From: an uncultured Acidimicrobiales bacterium
Lineage (GTDB): Bacteria; Actinomycetota; Acidimicrobiia; Acidimicrobiales; SZUA-35
Reading direction: 5' to 3'
Assembly: GCA_937922045.1 (NCBI GenBank)
Contig: CAKZXA010000004.1
Coordinates: forward strand, 42,878 to 106,877
DNA: 64,000 bases
Part shown: positions 50,828 through 58,770 of the stretch, piece by piece
Layout: each line of letters begins with the position of its first letter
Position numbering within the stretch: position 1 is the first letter of the stretch
The notes under the pieces: model-generated
Database searches by the model: none
Seen by the model: the letters and a program-made list of their open reading frames with translations, nothing else
Told to the model about the DNA's origin: nothing
Position numbers and translations under genes: made by a program

Positions 50828-51907
50828 GTGTCTCAAGCTCCAGCAAGTACCACCCCCCAACTCGGACTCATCGGCCTAGGCCGCATGGGCGCCAACATGA
50901 CCCGCCGGCTCGCCGCCGCTGGCATCGATGTGATCGCCTACGACCGCGACCCTGAACGAGCAGCGGCACTGGCCGACGACGGGGTGGCCAGAGCGGCCAG
51001 CAGCGTCGAGGAACTCGTAGCCGGGCTCGAGGGGCCGCGCTCGATCTGGATCATGGTCCCCGCCGCCTTCGTCGGCGATGTGATCGAAGATCTGATCCCC
51101 CACCTAAGCCCGAACGACACCATCATCGATGGTGGCAACACGCACTACCCTCTCGACCTTGAACGGGCACGGCGGCTCGGTGACCATGATGTTCACATGG
51201 TCGATGTTGGAACCAGCGGCGGTGTCCATGGCCTGGAGAGAGGCTATTGCTTGATGATCGGCGGGGAGACCGAACCGGTCGAACGCCTCACCCCTATCTT
51301 CGAGGCGTTGGCTCCCGGCGTCGATGCCGCCGAACGTTCCTACGGGCGCGACGGTGAGGTGGCCCAGGCCGAAAAGGGTTATCTTCACTGCGGTCCCGTC
51401 GGCTCCGGTCACTTCGTGAAGATGGTGCACAACGGCATCGAGTACGCCATGATGGCCGCCTACGCCGAAGGCTTCGCCCTCCTGAGCAGGGCCAACATCG
51501 GTTCGGCATCCCGGGCCGACGATGCCGAAACGGCCCCGCTCAGCGATCCCCGCCTGTACGACTACGACATAGCGGTAAACGACGTGGCTGAGGTATGGCG
51601 ACGGGGCAGCGTCATCGGCTCTTGGTTGCTCGATCTCACCGCTGAAGCACTAGTCGCTGACCCTGCCCTCGATGCGTATCAGGGCCGCGTGTCGGACTCG
51701 GGCGAAGGACGTTGGACCGCTCTCGCCGCCATCGAAACCGGCACGCCAACGCCCACCATCGTCGACGCTCTGTTCAGCCGATTCTCCTCGCGCGACAACG
51801 ATCTGTTTGCCAACAAAGTCCTCTCCGCCATGCGTGCTGGTTTTGGCGGCCATGTAGAACGAGCGACCGATCCTACGCCCGGAAACGACCCAGGGAGCAC
51901 CACATGA
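50828..51907 (+). CDS. gnd: 6-phosphogluconate dehydrogenase, decarboxylating (short YqeC type)
   Basis: GLGRMG, IDGGN, DVGTSGG, KMVHNGIEY, DSGEGRW, MRAGFGGH. Confidence 0.95.
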   Translation: MSQAPASTTPQLGLIGLGRMGANMTRRLAAAGIDVIAYDRDPERAAALADDGVARAASSVEELVAGLEGPRSIWIMVPAAFVGDVIEDLIPHLSPNDTIIDGGNTHYPLDLERARRLGDHDVHMVDVGTSGGVHGLERGYCLMIGGETEPVERLTPIFEALAPGVDAAERSYGRDGEVAQAEKGYLHCGPVGSGHFVKMVHNGIEYAMMAAYAEGFALLSRANIGSASRADDAETAPLSDPRLYDYDIAVNDVAEVWRRGSVIGSWLLDLTAEALVADPALDAYQGRVSDSGEGRWTALAAIETGTPTPTIVDALFSRFSSRDNDLFANKVLSAMRAGFGGHVERATDPTPGNDPGSTT

Positions 51908-53295
51908 GCACAGTCAGCCACGCCGCCGACGCACTGATTCTGTTCGGCATCACCGGAGACCTGGCCCGACGCAAGCTGTTCAGCGCTCTTTACGGGCTTG
52001 AGAAATCCGCTCTTCTCGACGGACCCGTCGTCGGGGTTGCCTCGCGGCCCTGGTCGGACGACGATCTACACGAGGCCGCACGAACCGCCCTCGAACACGA
52101 CGTCGCCGATGCCCCCGACGAGGCGATCGACGAGTCGGTGTGGGCCCGACTCAAAGGCCGCCTGACCTACGTGGCTGGCGACTATCGGGAACCCGACACC
52201 TTCGACCGGGTGGCGGCCGCGGTGGGCGAGTCCGCCCGTCCGGTGTCGTATCTCGCCATCCCCCCGTTCCTGTTCACCACGGTCGTTCAAGGGCTGGGAG
52301 CAGTCGGCTTGAACCGGGGCAGCGTGGTGTTGGAGAAGCCGTTCGGTCGAGACACCGAAACCGCTCGCGCTCTCGACACCGAGGTCAAGGAGCACTTTGA
52401 CGAGGAGCGCATTTTCCGCATCGACCATTTCCTCGGCAAAGAGCCCGTCCTCAACCTCATGGTGTTCCGCTTCGCCAACTCGATCCTTGAACCCCTCTGG
52501 AATCGCCACCACATCACCAGCGTGACCATCACCATGTCTGAAGCGTTTGGCGTGGAAGGACGAGGCAAGTTCTACGCCGAGGTCGGCGCCCTGCGAGACG
52601 TGGTGCAGAATCACCTGCTCCAGGTGCTTGCTCTGTTGGCTATGGAGCCACCGGTTTCCGACGACGCCGACTCACTGTCCGACGAGGTGGTCAAGGTGCT
52701 TCGCTCCATGCGACCTTTCGACCCGGCCAAGACCTACCGGGGGCAGTACACGGGTGATGGCGAACGTCCAGGGTTTCTCGATGAAGACGGCGTCGAGACC
52801 AACGCCGACACCGAGACCATGGTGCTGATCGACGCCGAGATCGACTCCTGGCGTTGGGCCGGGGTTCCGTGGCGCATCCAAACCGGCAAGGCGCTGGCGA
52901 GGACCTACACGGAGGCTGTGATCGAGTTCAGCCAGCCGCCTCGGCCACTCTTCGCCGCCGACGCTTGCGCGCCGGAACCCAACCGTCTGCGCTTCAGGAT
53001 GAAACCCGACTCAACCATCGAATTCGAGATGGAGGCCAAGTCACCGGGTGCCTTGCTCACGAGTGAAACCGTGCAGCTTTCGCTAGTACCGATGGAAGAC
53101 GACGAGGCCATCAGCCCCTATGAGCGTCTCCTGGGCGACGCAATCGCAGGAGACAGGCGTCTCTTTGCCCGGTGGGATCAGGTCGACCTTGCCTGGCAGA
53201 TCGTGCAGCCGATTCTCGACAACCCTCCCCCGCTGCATCTCTATCGCTATGGCGCGACGGTCGACGAAGCGAGCGACCAGCTTCACCGTTCCTAG
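51904..53295 (+). CDS. zwf: Glucose-6-phosphate 1-dehydrogenase
   Basis: FGITGDLA, EKPFG, RIDHFLGKE, DVVQNH; ATGA overlap with gnd. Confidence 0.95.
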   Translation: MSTVSHAADALILFGITGDLARRKLFSALYGLEKSALLDGPVVGVASRPWSDDDLHEAARTALEHDVADAPDEAIDESVWARLKGRLTYVAGDYREPDTFDRVAAAVGESARPVSYLAIPPFLFTTVVQGLGAVGLNRGSVVLEKPFGRDTETARALDTEVKEHFDEERIFRIDHFLGKEPVLNLMVFRFANSILEPLWNRHHITSVTITMSEAFGVEGRGKFYAEVGALRDVVQNHLLQVLALLAMEPPVSDDADSLSDEVVKVLRSMRPFDPAKTYRGQYTGDGERPGFLDEDGVETNADTETMVLIDAEIDSWRWAGVPWRIQTGKALARTYTEAVIEFSQPPRPLFAADACAPEPNRLRFRMKPDSTIEFEMEAKSPGALLTSETVQLSLVPMEDDEAISPYERLLGDAIAGDRRLFARWDQVDLAWQIVQPILDNPPPLHLYRYGATVDEASDQLHRS

Positions 53296-53310
53296 GGCCG
53301 CTCGCTCGCG

Positions 53311-53757
53311 TCAGAGCGCACGGAGTGCCTCGAGGGCCTTGTTGGCGTGGCTGTTCATGTCGGTCTCACTTTTCAAGACCGCCTTTACCCGGCGATCGGC
53401 ACCAACCACGTAGGTAACCCGCTTGATCGGGAGGGGCCCGAACCGGGCGACACCGAACTGCCGGGCGACCATCTTGTTCGGATCGGACAGAAGGGGAAAG
53501 CCCAACTGGTTTGCTTCTGCGAACGCCTGCTGCTGATCGGACCGATCAGGCGACACTCCAACGATCCTTGCCCCGAGTTCTTCGAACTCCGACGACAGAT
53601 CGCGAAAGTGACATGATTCCTTCGTTCAACCGGGGGTCATGGCCTTGATGTAGAAGTAGATGACCAGGGGGCCCTGTGTGATCAGCGAATCGAACGTGAC
53701 CGTTTGACCCGACTGATCGACGAGAGCGAAATCTTCGACGGTGTCTCCGACCTTCAT
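53311..53757 (-). CDS. Bcp/PrxQ peroxiredoxin with an in-frame TGA at the peroxidatic position (probable selenocysteine, codon 44), 148 aa
   Basis: Hand translation MKVGDTVEDFALVDQSGQTVTFDSLITQGPLVIYFYIKAMTPG[TGA]TKESCHFRDLSSEFEELGARIVGVSPD...FPLLSD...KRVTYVV...HANKAL; GGAG RBS; TGA at 53626-53628. Confidence 0.85.
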
Positions 53758-53844
53758 GCTCCGTGCTCCATTCCGGTTGACGCCATAGCGTTGACTCTAG
53801 AACAGGTGAACCCCGCAGTGCCGGGTCACAGAAGCGAAGTTAGG

Positions 53845-54098
53845 TCAACGGGGTGCGGCTAGAAGGTCGAGTAGCTCGTTCACCGAACCACCGTTGGCAA
53901 GCCCACCGACCGATTTGCGGATCTCGCCGCTTCGCTGAGCCCCAAGAACAGGCACCGCACTGTGGTCCGGCCTCCGGCTGCCACACCAACCAGATCGAGC
54001 AGGCACCTCTCAGCCTGGCGAGTGACAGCGGGCGGAAGGTCGTTCGCCGTGGTCTCGTGAAGGAAGTCGAGCACGTGGTTCGAGGACGCCATGGTCAT
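53845..54098 (-). pseudogene. MmgE/PrpD-family remnant (N- and C-termini joined out of frame)
   Basis: Frame A: MTMASSNHVLDFLHETTANDLPPAVTRQAERCLLDLVGVAAGG; frame B from about 53961: SAVPVLGAQRSGEIRKSVGGLANGGSVNELLDLLAAPR*. Confidence 0.7.
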
Positions 54099-54214
54099 GG
54101 CGCGAACACTATCCTCGCTCCAGATGGTGGGCAAGCATCGAGCATGGGCGCAAAGCGAAGGGCAGCAAAAGCTCTGATTGTATGGTGCCATACAATTACG
54201 CCTAAACTGGCGAT

Positions 54215-55444
54215 ATGTCAGCGACGACCGATGCTCACCCCGAACAGCTCTCCGACGAAGCGGCCGAAGCATTCCGCCACGAGGTGCGGTCATTCCTCGA
54301 AGCCAACGCCGTGCCGAACGCCGACTTCGCCGCCGCCAAGACGTTCCAAGGCAAGCTAGCAGACGCAGGTTTGGCTGGCATCGTCTACGGCAAGGCCTTC
54401 GGCGGTGCGGGGCTCAGCAAGTCTCACGATCGGATCTTCCGCGAAGAGACGTCGAAATTTCCGGCCATGAACAATGATTTCATCATCAGCCATGGCATGT
54501 GCCTACCGGTGCTCAACGACTTTGGCACGGAGGAACAAAAGAGGGCGTTCATGCCCGACAACATCGCAGGACGAACCCTGTGGTGCCAGATGTTCTCCGA
54601 ACCCGGCGCCGGTTCCGATGTGGCCTCGTTGCAGACAAAAGCCGAACGAGATGGCGACGAGTGGATCATCAACGGCCAGAAGGTCTGGACGACGTTGGCT
54701 CATGTCAGCGACTACGCGGTGCTGATTGCGCGCACCAATCCTGAAGCGGTCAAGCACGCCGGCATCTCGATGTTCATCCTGCCGATGAATGCCGAAGGCG
54801 TTGAAATCCGGCCGATCCACCAGATCGATGGTGGTCGGCACTTTAACGAGGTGTTCTTCACCGATGTGCGTCTTCCTGTCGAGAACCTGCTCGGCGAGCT
54901 GAACAACGGTTGGAACCAGGCGACGGCAATGCTCATGTACGAGCGCGTGGCCATCGGCACGATCGGCGGTGGCAAGATCAGCCAGCCGAATTACAAGATG
55001 TTGAAGGCAGCAGCGGAGTCCGGCGACCGGCTGGCCGACGCCAAGGTCCGACAAGACCTCATGCGTATCTATTCGATGGAGACGACCAAGTCGCTGATGG
55101 CGATGCGAACCCGGGCCCAAATGCAGTCTGGTAAGGCCCCGGGTCCTGGCGGTTCACTAGGCAAGCTCTTCGGCTCAGTCATCCAGTGGCGAATGCGCGA
55201 GATGCTTATGAACATGGCCGGGCCAGCCTCACAAGCCTGGTCGGGGGCGTGGGACGATGAGTCGGGCTTGCTGGCCAAACACACCGTCGGCTCGTTCTCA
55301 TCATCGATCGCCGGCGGAACCGATGAGATCCAGCGAAACATCATCGGCGACCGAGTCCTCGGTCTGCCCCGAGACGTCTCGGTCGATCGAGGCGTGGCCT
55401 TCAACGAGCTCACCGTAGGAACACAGCGAGCCAAGGAGCGATAG
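54215..55444 (+). CDS. Acyl-CoA dehydrogenase
   Basis: WCQMFSEPGAGSDVA, NGQKVWT, FNEVFF, IAGGTDEIQRNII. Confidence 0.95.
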   Translation: MSATTDAHPEQLSDEAAEAFRHEVRSFLEANAVPNADFAAAKTFQGKLADAGLAGIVYGKAFGGAGLSKSHDRIFREETSKFPAMNNDFIISHGMCLPVLNDFGTEEQKRAFMPDNIAGRTLWCQMFSEPGAGSDVASLQTKAERDGDEWIINGQKVWTTLAHVSDYAVLIARTNPEAVKHAGISMFILPMNAEGVEIRPIHQIDGGRHFNEVFFTDVRLPVENLLGELNNGWNQATAMLMYERVAIGTIGGGKISQPNYKMLKAAAESGDRLADAKVRQDLMRIYSMETTKSLMAMRTRAQMQSGKAPGPGGSLGKLFGSVIQWRMREMLMNMAGPASQAWSGAWDDESGLLAKHTVGSFSSSIAGGTDEIQRNIIGDRVLGLPRDVSVDRGVAFNELTVGTQRAKER

Positions 55445-55505
55445 GTCTCCATCTGGGCCTTAGCAATAGGCAGCAGAGGCCGACAGGAATCGGATCGAGC
55501 ATCCT

Positions 55506-57230
55506 GTGACTCCTCTGAACAGCTCGGACGTAACGAGCTCTCCGCAATCAGACCTTGGCGCGCCCCAGAAACGCTTCGATGCGGACCAGATTTACCGCTT
55601 CCTCGACCACATCCCAGTCCCGGTTGTCGTGCTCGATCAAACCGTCGATAACACGTTCGCCAATCTGGCCTACTGCCAACTCCTTGGCATGGATCGCGAA
55701 GCGGTCCTCGCCCGGTCGGTGCCCGAAGCGATCCACCCAGCGGACCTCGAAGCGACCACGGCGATGATCGACACAGCCCGCGCTACCGGTTCTTCCACCT
55801 CCGAGCAGCGGATTCGTCACCGAGATGGACATTACTTGCGCGTTCATTGGAGCGTGGTCTACGAACCCACCTCCCTGGGTTTGATGTGTGTGGCCAATGA
55901 TGTGACGATGCATCAGGAGCGACTGGACCATCTCCGAAACGAGGTGCTGCGCGATCCCCTCACCGGCGCCTATAACCGAGCTGGGTTGATGAAGGCCCTC
56001 GAGCGAGCGGTGGCCGAGGAACGATCGGCCGGAATGCTCGTGGCCCTCCTCGACATCGACCGCTTCAAGTCGGTAAACGACCGTCTCGGTCATCATGGCG
56101 GCGACCTCTTGCTTCGCCTCGTCGTTCAGCGTCTCGCCGCAGCATTCGACGAGACGGTAACAATCGGACGTCTGGGCGGTGACGAGTTCGCTGTCGTCGC
56201 TGAGACCGGTGCCCTTGAATCGCCTGCCGCCCTGGGCGAGGCCCTAACCCAGATCTTCGACCATCCGTTCGCTATCGAACATCGGGTTCTCGCCGTCAAA
56301 TCAAGCGTCGGCGTCGTGCAAGCTGAGGGCACCGAGTTGGCCACCACACTTCTCCAACAGGCCGATGCGGCCGCCTATGAAGCCAAGCGCCGAGGACGAG
56401 GCCAAGCTTGTCTTGCAGATGCCGCATTGTTGGCCGCACGCCAGGAAGACATCGAGCTGGAACTAGCGTTGGGCAACGCCCTCGGTACAGGCGCGTTCGT
56501 TCCCTACTTCCAACCGGTTATCGATCTGGCTTCCCTCCAAATCACCTTTCACGAATCGCTGCTTCGATGGCAACAGGAACACGAAACGATCGCTCCGGCG
56601 AGACGGTTCCTCGATATCGCCATGAAAAGCGGCTTGCTGTCGGACATCTCGGCCGAAGTACGAAGCCAGACGTTCGACGTCGCCGCCCAACGACCCGATC
56701 TGACCTTCTCGATCAACCTGTCGAGCAACGAACTCGCCGACCGAGCCCTCACCGGCCACCTTGGCTATCTTGCCCTTGTTTCTGGCATCGACCCTGGAAA
56801 GATTCTGGTCGAGATAACCGAACAGACCATCGCCGAAGACGAACAGAGCGCCCATCGAGCGCTTCGGCAGTTGTCGGAGATCGGCTTCGGTGTCGTCTTA
56901 GACGACTTCGGCAGCGGCTACTCGTCGCTGGCTCAGATCGCTTCCCTGCCGGTCTCGATGGTCAAACTCGACAGAAGCCTGCTCGTTGGCGCCCGTTCGG
57001 GCGGTCGGTCGCTGCAGCTTCTAGCCGCGGCCTACGACCTGTTGGAAGGGCTCGAGATCACCGTCATCGTCGAGGGTGTCGACACGATCGAGGACCACCA
57101 GTTGCTCATCGATCTCGGTGTGCGCTACGCCCAAGGCCACCTCTACGCCTGGCCGACACGAACACCGGTCGAGTCCATCGAGCGACTCACGCCGATGGTC
57201 GGGCTCGAGCATAGGCGGCACGAACCGTAG
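55506..57230 (+). CDS. PAS-GGDEF-EAL diguanylate cyclase/phosphodiesterase
   Basis: IHPAD PAS; DPLTG, RLGGDEF; ESLLRW, EITE, DDFGSGYSS, KLD, EGV. Confidence 0.93.
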   Translation: MTPLNSSDVTSSPQSDLGAPQKRFDADQIYRFLDHIPVPVVVLDQTVDNTFANLAYCQLLGMDREAVLARSVPEAIHPADLEATTAMIDTARATGSSTSEQRIRHRDGHYLRVHWSVVYEPTSLGLMCVANDVTMHQERLDHLRNEVLRDPLTGAYNRAGLMKALERAVAEERSAGMLVALLDIDRFKSVNDRLGHHGGDLLLRLVVQRLAAAFDETVTIGRLGGDEFAVVAETGALESPAALGEALTQIFDHPFAIEHRVLAVKSSVGVVQAEGTELATTLLQQADAAAYEAKRRGRGQACLADAALLAARQEDIELELALGNALGTGAFVPYFQPVIDLASLQITFHESLLRWQQEHETIAPARRFLDIAMKSGLLSDISAEVRSQTFDVAAQRPDLTFSINLSSNELADRALTGHLGYLALVSGIDPGKILVEITEQTIAEDEQSAHRALRQLSEIGFGVVLDDFGSGYSSLAQIASLPVSMVKLDRSLLVGARSGGRSLQLLAAAYDLLEGLEITVIVEGVDTIEDHQLLIDLGVRYAQGHLYAWPTRTPVESIERLTPMVGLEHRRHEP

Positions 57231-58632
57231 CCCCTTCAGCGCCGGGGTTAGGCTCGGCAACCTGTCCTACCCCCAGTCCCCATGCTGTGGCAACGTCGGC
57301 CACATCTCCCCGTTCGACCACGGCGGCAGCCTGCACCGCAGCGCCAGCGGCAACCGCCTCATCGGCGTCCGGGAGATAGATCGCGCGACCGGTAAGATCG
57401 GCGCACCGCTGGCGGTAGGCGGATGATCGAGCGCCACCACCGATCAGGTTGAGGTGTCCGTCGAGGTTGACGCCCACCGCGAGCAGGGCATCTAGCCCGT
57501 CGAGCAGGCCGCATAAAACACCATCGTGGGCGGCCAAGGCGAGCTGCTGGCGTGTCGTCGTTGTTCGTAGGCCTTGGAAGAGGCCGGTGGCATGCGGCAG
57601 GTTCGGTGTTCGTTCACCGTCGAAGTAGGGAACGAGAACCACGCCACCCGAATCACCGTCGGCTTCCGCCGCCAGCGTTGCGAGCCCGGGCGCATCGGTT
57701 CCCAGCCAGGCGGCGACGGTGTCGGTCACCTTCGTGGCGTTGAGGGTGCAGGCGAGCGGAAGGAAAGCACCAGAGGCACTGGCGAAACCTGCGACGAGAC
57801 CGGTTTCGTCCATCGTGGGGGTCGCTGAGACCGAATAAACCGTGCCCGAGGTTCCGAGTGAAAGAGCCGCATCACCAGGCTGCAACCCGAGTCCGAGCGC
57901 TGCTGCCATATTGTCGCCCGTTCCAGGGCCAACGATGACGTCGGCCGGGAGGCCGAGGTGTTCGGCCGCTTCGGGCCCGAGCCGACCGGCTTCAGCCGTC
58001 GGAGCCAGCACGGTCGGCAGCCGCTCAAGCCAGGGAGCGCCGCCAGGGACGGCTTCGGCCAGCAGGTCAGCGTTGTAGCTGCCGGCAACAGGGTCGAACC
58101 AGCCGGTACCGGAAGCATCGCCGCGGTCGGTTACGTGCTGTCCCGTGAGGCGCCAGGTCAGATAGTCGTGGGGCAGCATCACCATCGATGTTCGATCGAT
58201 CGATGCCGGTTCGTTGGCTGCCACCCAGGCCAGCTTCGTGATGGTGAAGGCGGCAACGGGAACGCTGCCGGTGGCCTGAGCCCATCGTGTTGCGCCCAGT
58301 CGATCGACGAGACGTTCCGCTTCCGCCGCCGACGTCGTGTCGTTCCAGAGTTTGGCTGGCCGCACCGAGCGGCCATGCTCATCGAGCAGAACCAGCCCGT
58401 GCTGCTGGCCAGCGACCGAGAGCGCCACCACATCTCGGCGGATTTCACCGAGGGAGGAAACAGCATCGGTCAGAGCCGACCACCACGCCTCCGGGTCTTG
58501 TTCGGATACCGGGGGCTCGGTCGGCGGATGGGGGGCGGTGCCCCTCGCCACAACCCTCCCGGTCACCAGTTCGCGAGCTTCAACCTTCGTGGACTGCGTC
58601 GAGGAGTCGACGCCGAGAACAACAGCAACCAT
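57187..58632 (-). CDS. xylB: Xylulokinase (FGGY family)
   Basis: GVDSSTQSTK, GQQHG, WNDT, DRGDASGT, GDN, GERTPN. Confidence 0.88.
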   Translation of the reverse strand: MVAVVLGVDSSTQSTKVEARELVTGRVVARGTAPHPPTEPPVSEQDPEAWWSALTDAVSSLGEIRRDVVALSVAGQQHGLVLLDEHGRSVRPAKLWNDTTSAAEAERLVDRLGATRWAQATGSVPVAAFTITKLAWVAANEPASIDRTSMVMLPHDYLTWRLTGQHVTDRGDASGTGWFDPVAGSYNADLLAEAVPGGAPWLERLPTVLAPTAEAGRLGPEAAEHLGLPADVIVGPGTGDNMAAALGLGLQPGDAALSLGTSGTVYSVSATPTMDETGLVAGFASASGAFLPLACTLNATKVTDTVAAWLGTDAPGLATLAAEADGDSGGVVLVPYFDGERTPNLPHATGLFQGLRTTTTRQQLALAAHDGVLCGLLDGLDALLAVGVNLDGHLNLIGGGARSSAYRQRCADLTGRAIYLPDADEAVAAGAAVQAAAVVERGDVADVATAWGLGVGQVAEPNPGAEGATVRAAYARARPSA

Positions 58633-58695
58633 GGACTCATGCTAGGCGTGCTGTGGGAATGCCGGGCTGCTGACGGACAGCCCCTTCGGGTAACG

Positions 58696-58738
58696 CCGGG
58701 CTACTGTTCGCGACTAGCCGGCGCGAACAGCAACCCGG
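58696..58738 (-). terminator. 17-bp hairpin downstream of the secreted protein gene
   Basis: Minus strand ccgggttgctgttcgcg-N9-cgcgaacagtagcccgg with two G-U pairs. Confidence 0.65.
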
Positions 58739-58770
58739 TCGACTGGCGGGTCGACTCGTGACCTTATCGA

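Noticed and set aside
53311..53556. 81-aa ORF in the track
   Set aside because: It is only the C-terminal half of the TGA-containing peroxiredoxin
53626..53628. Alternative genetic code (TGA = Trp or Gly)
   Set aside because: TGA ends many genes here, including ATGA/GTGA overlaps, and no other gene appeared to need read-through
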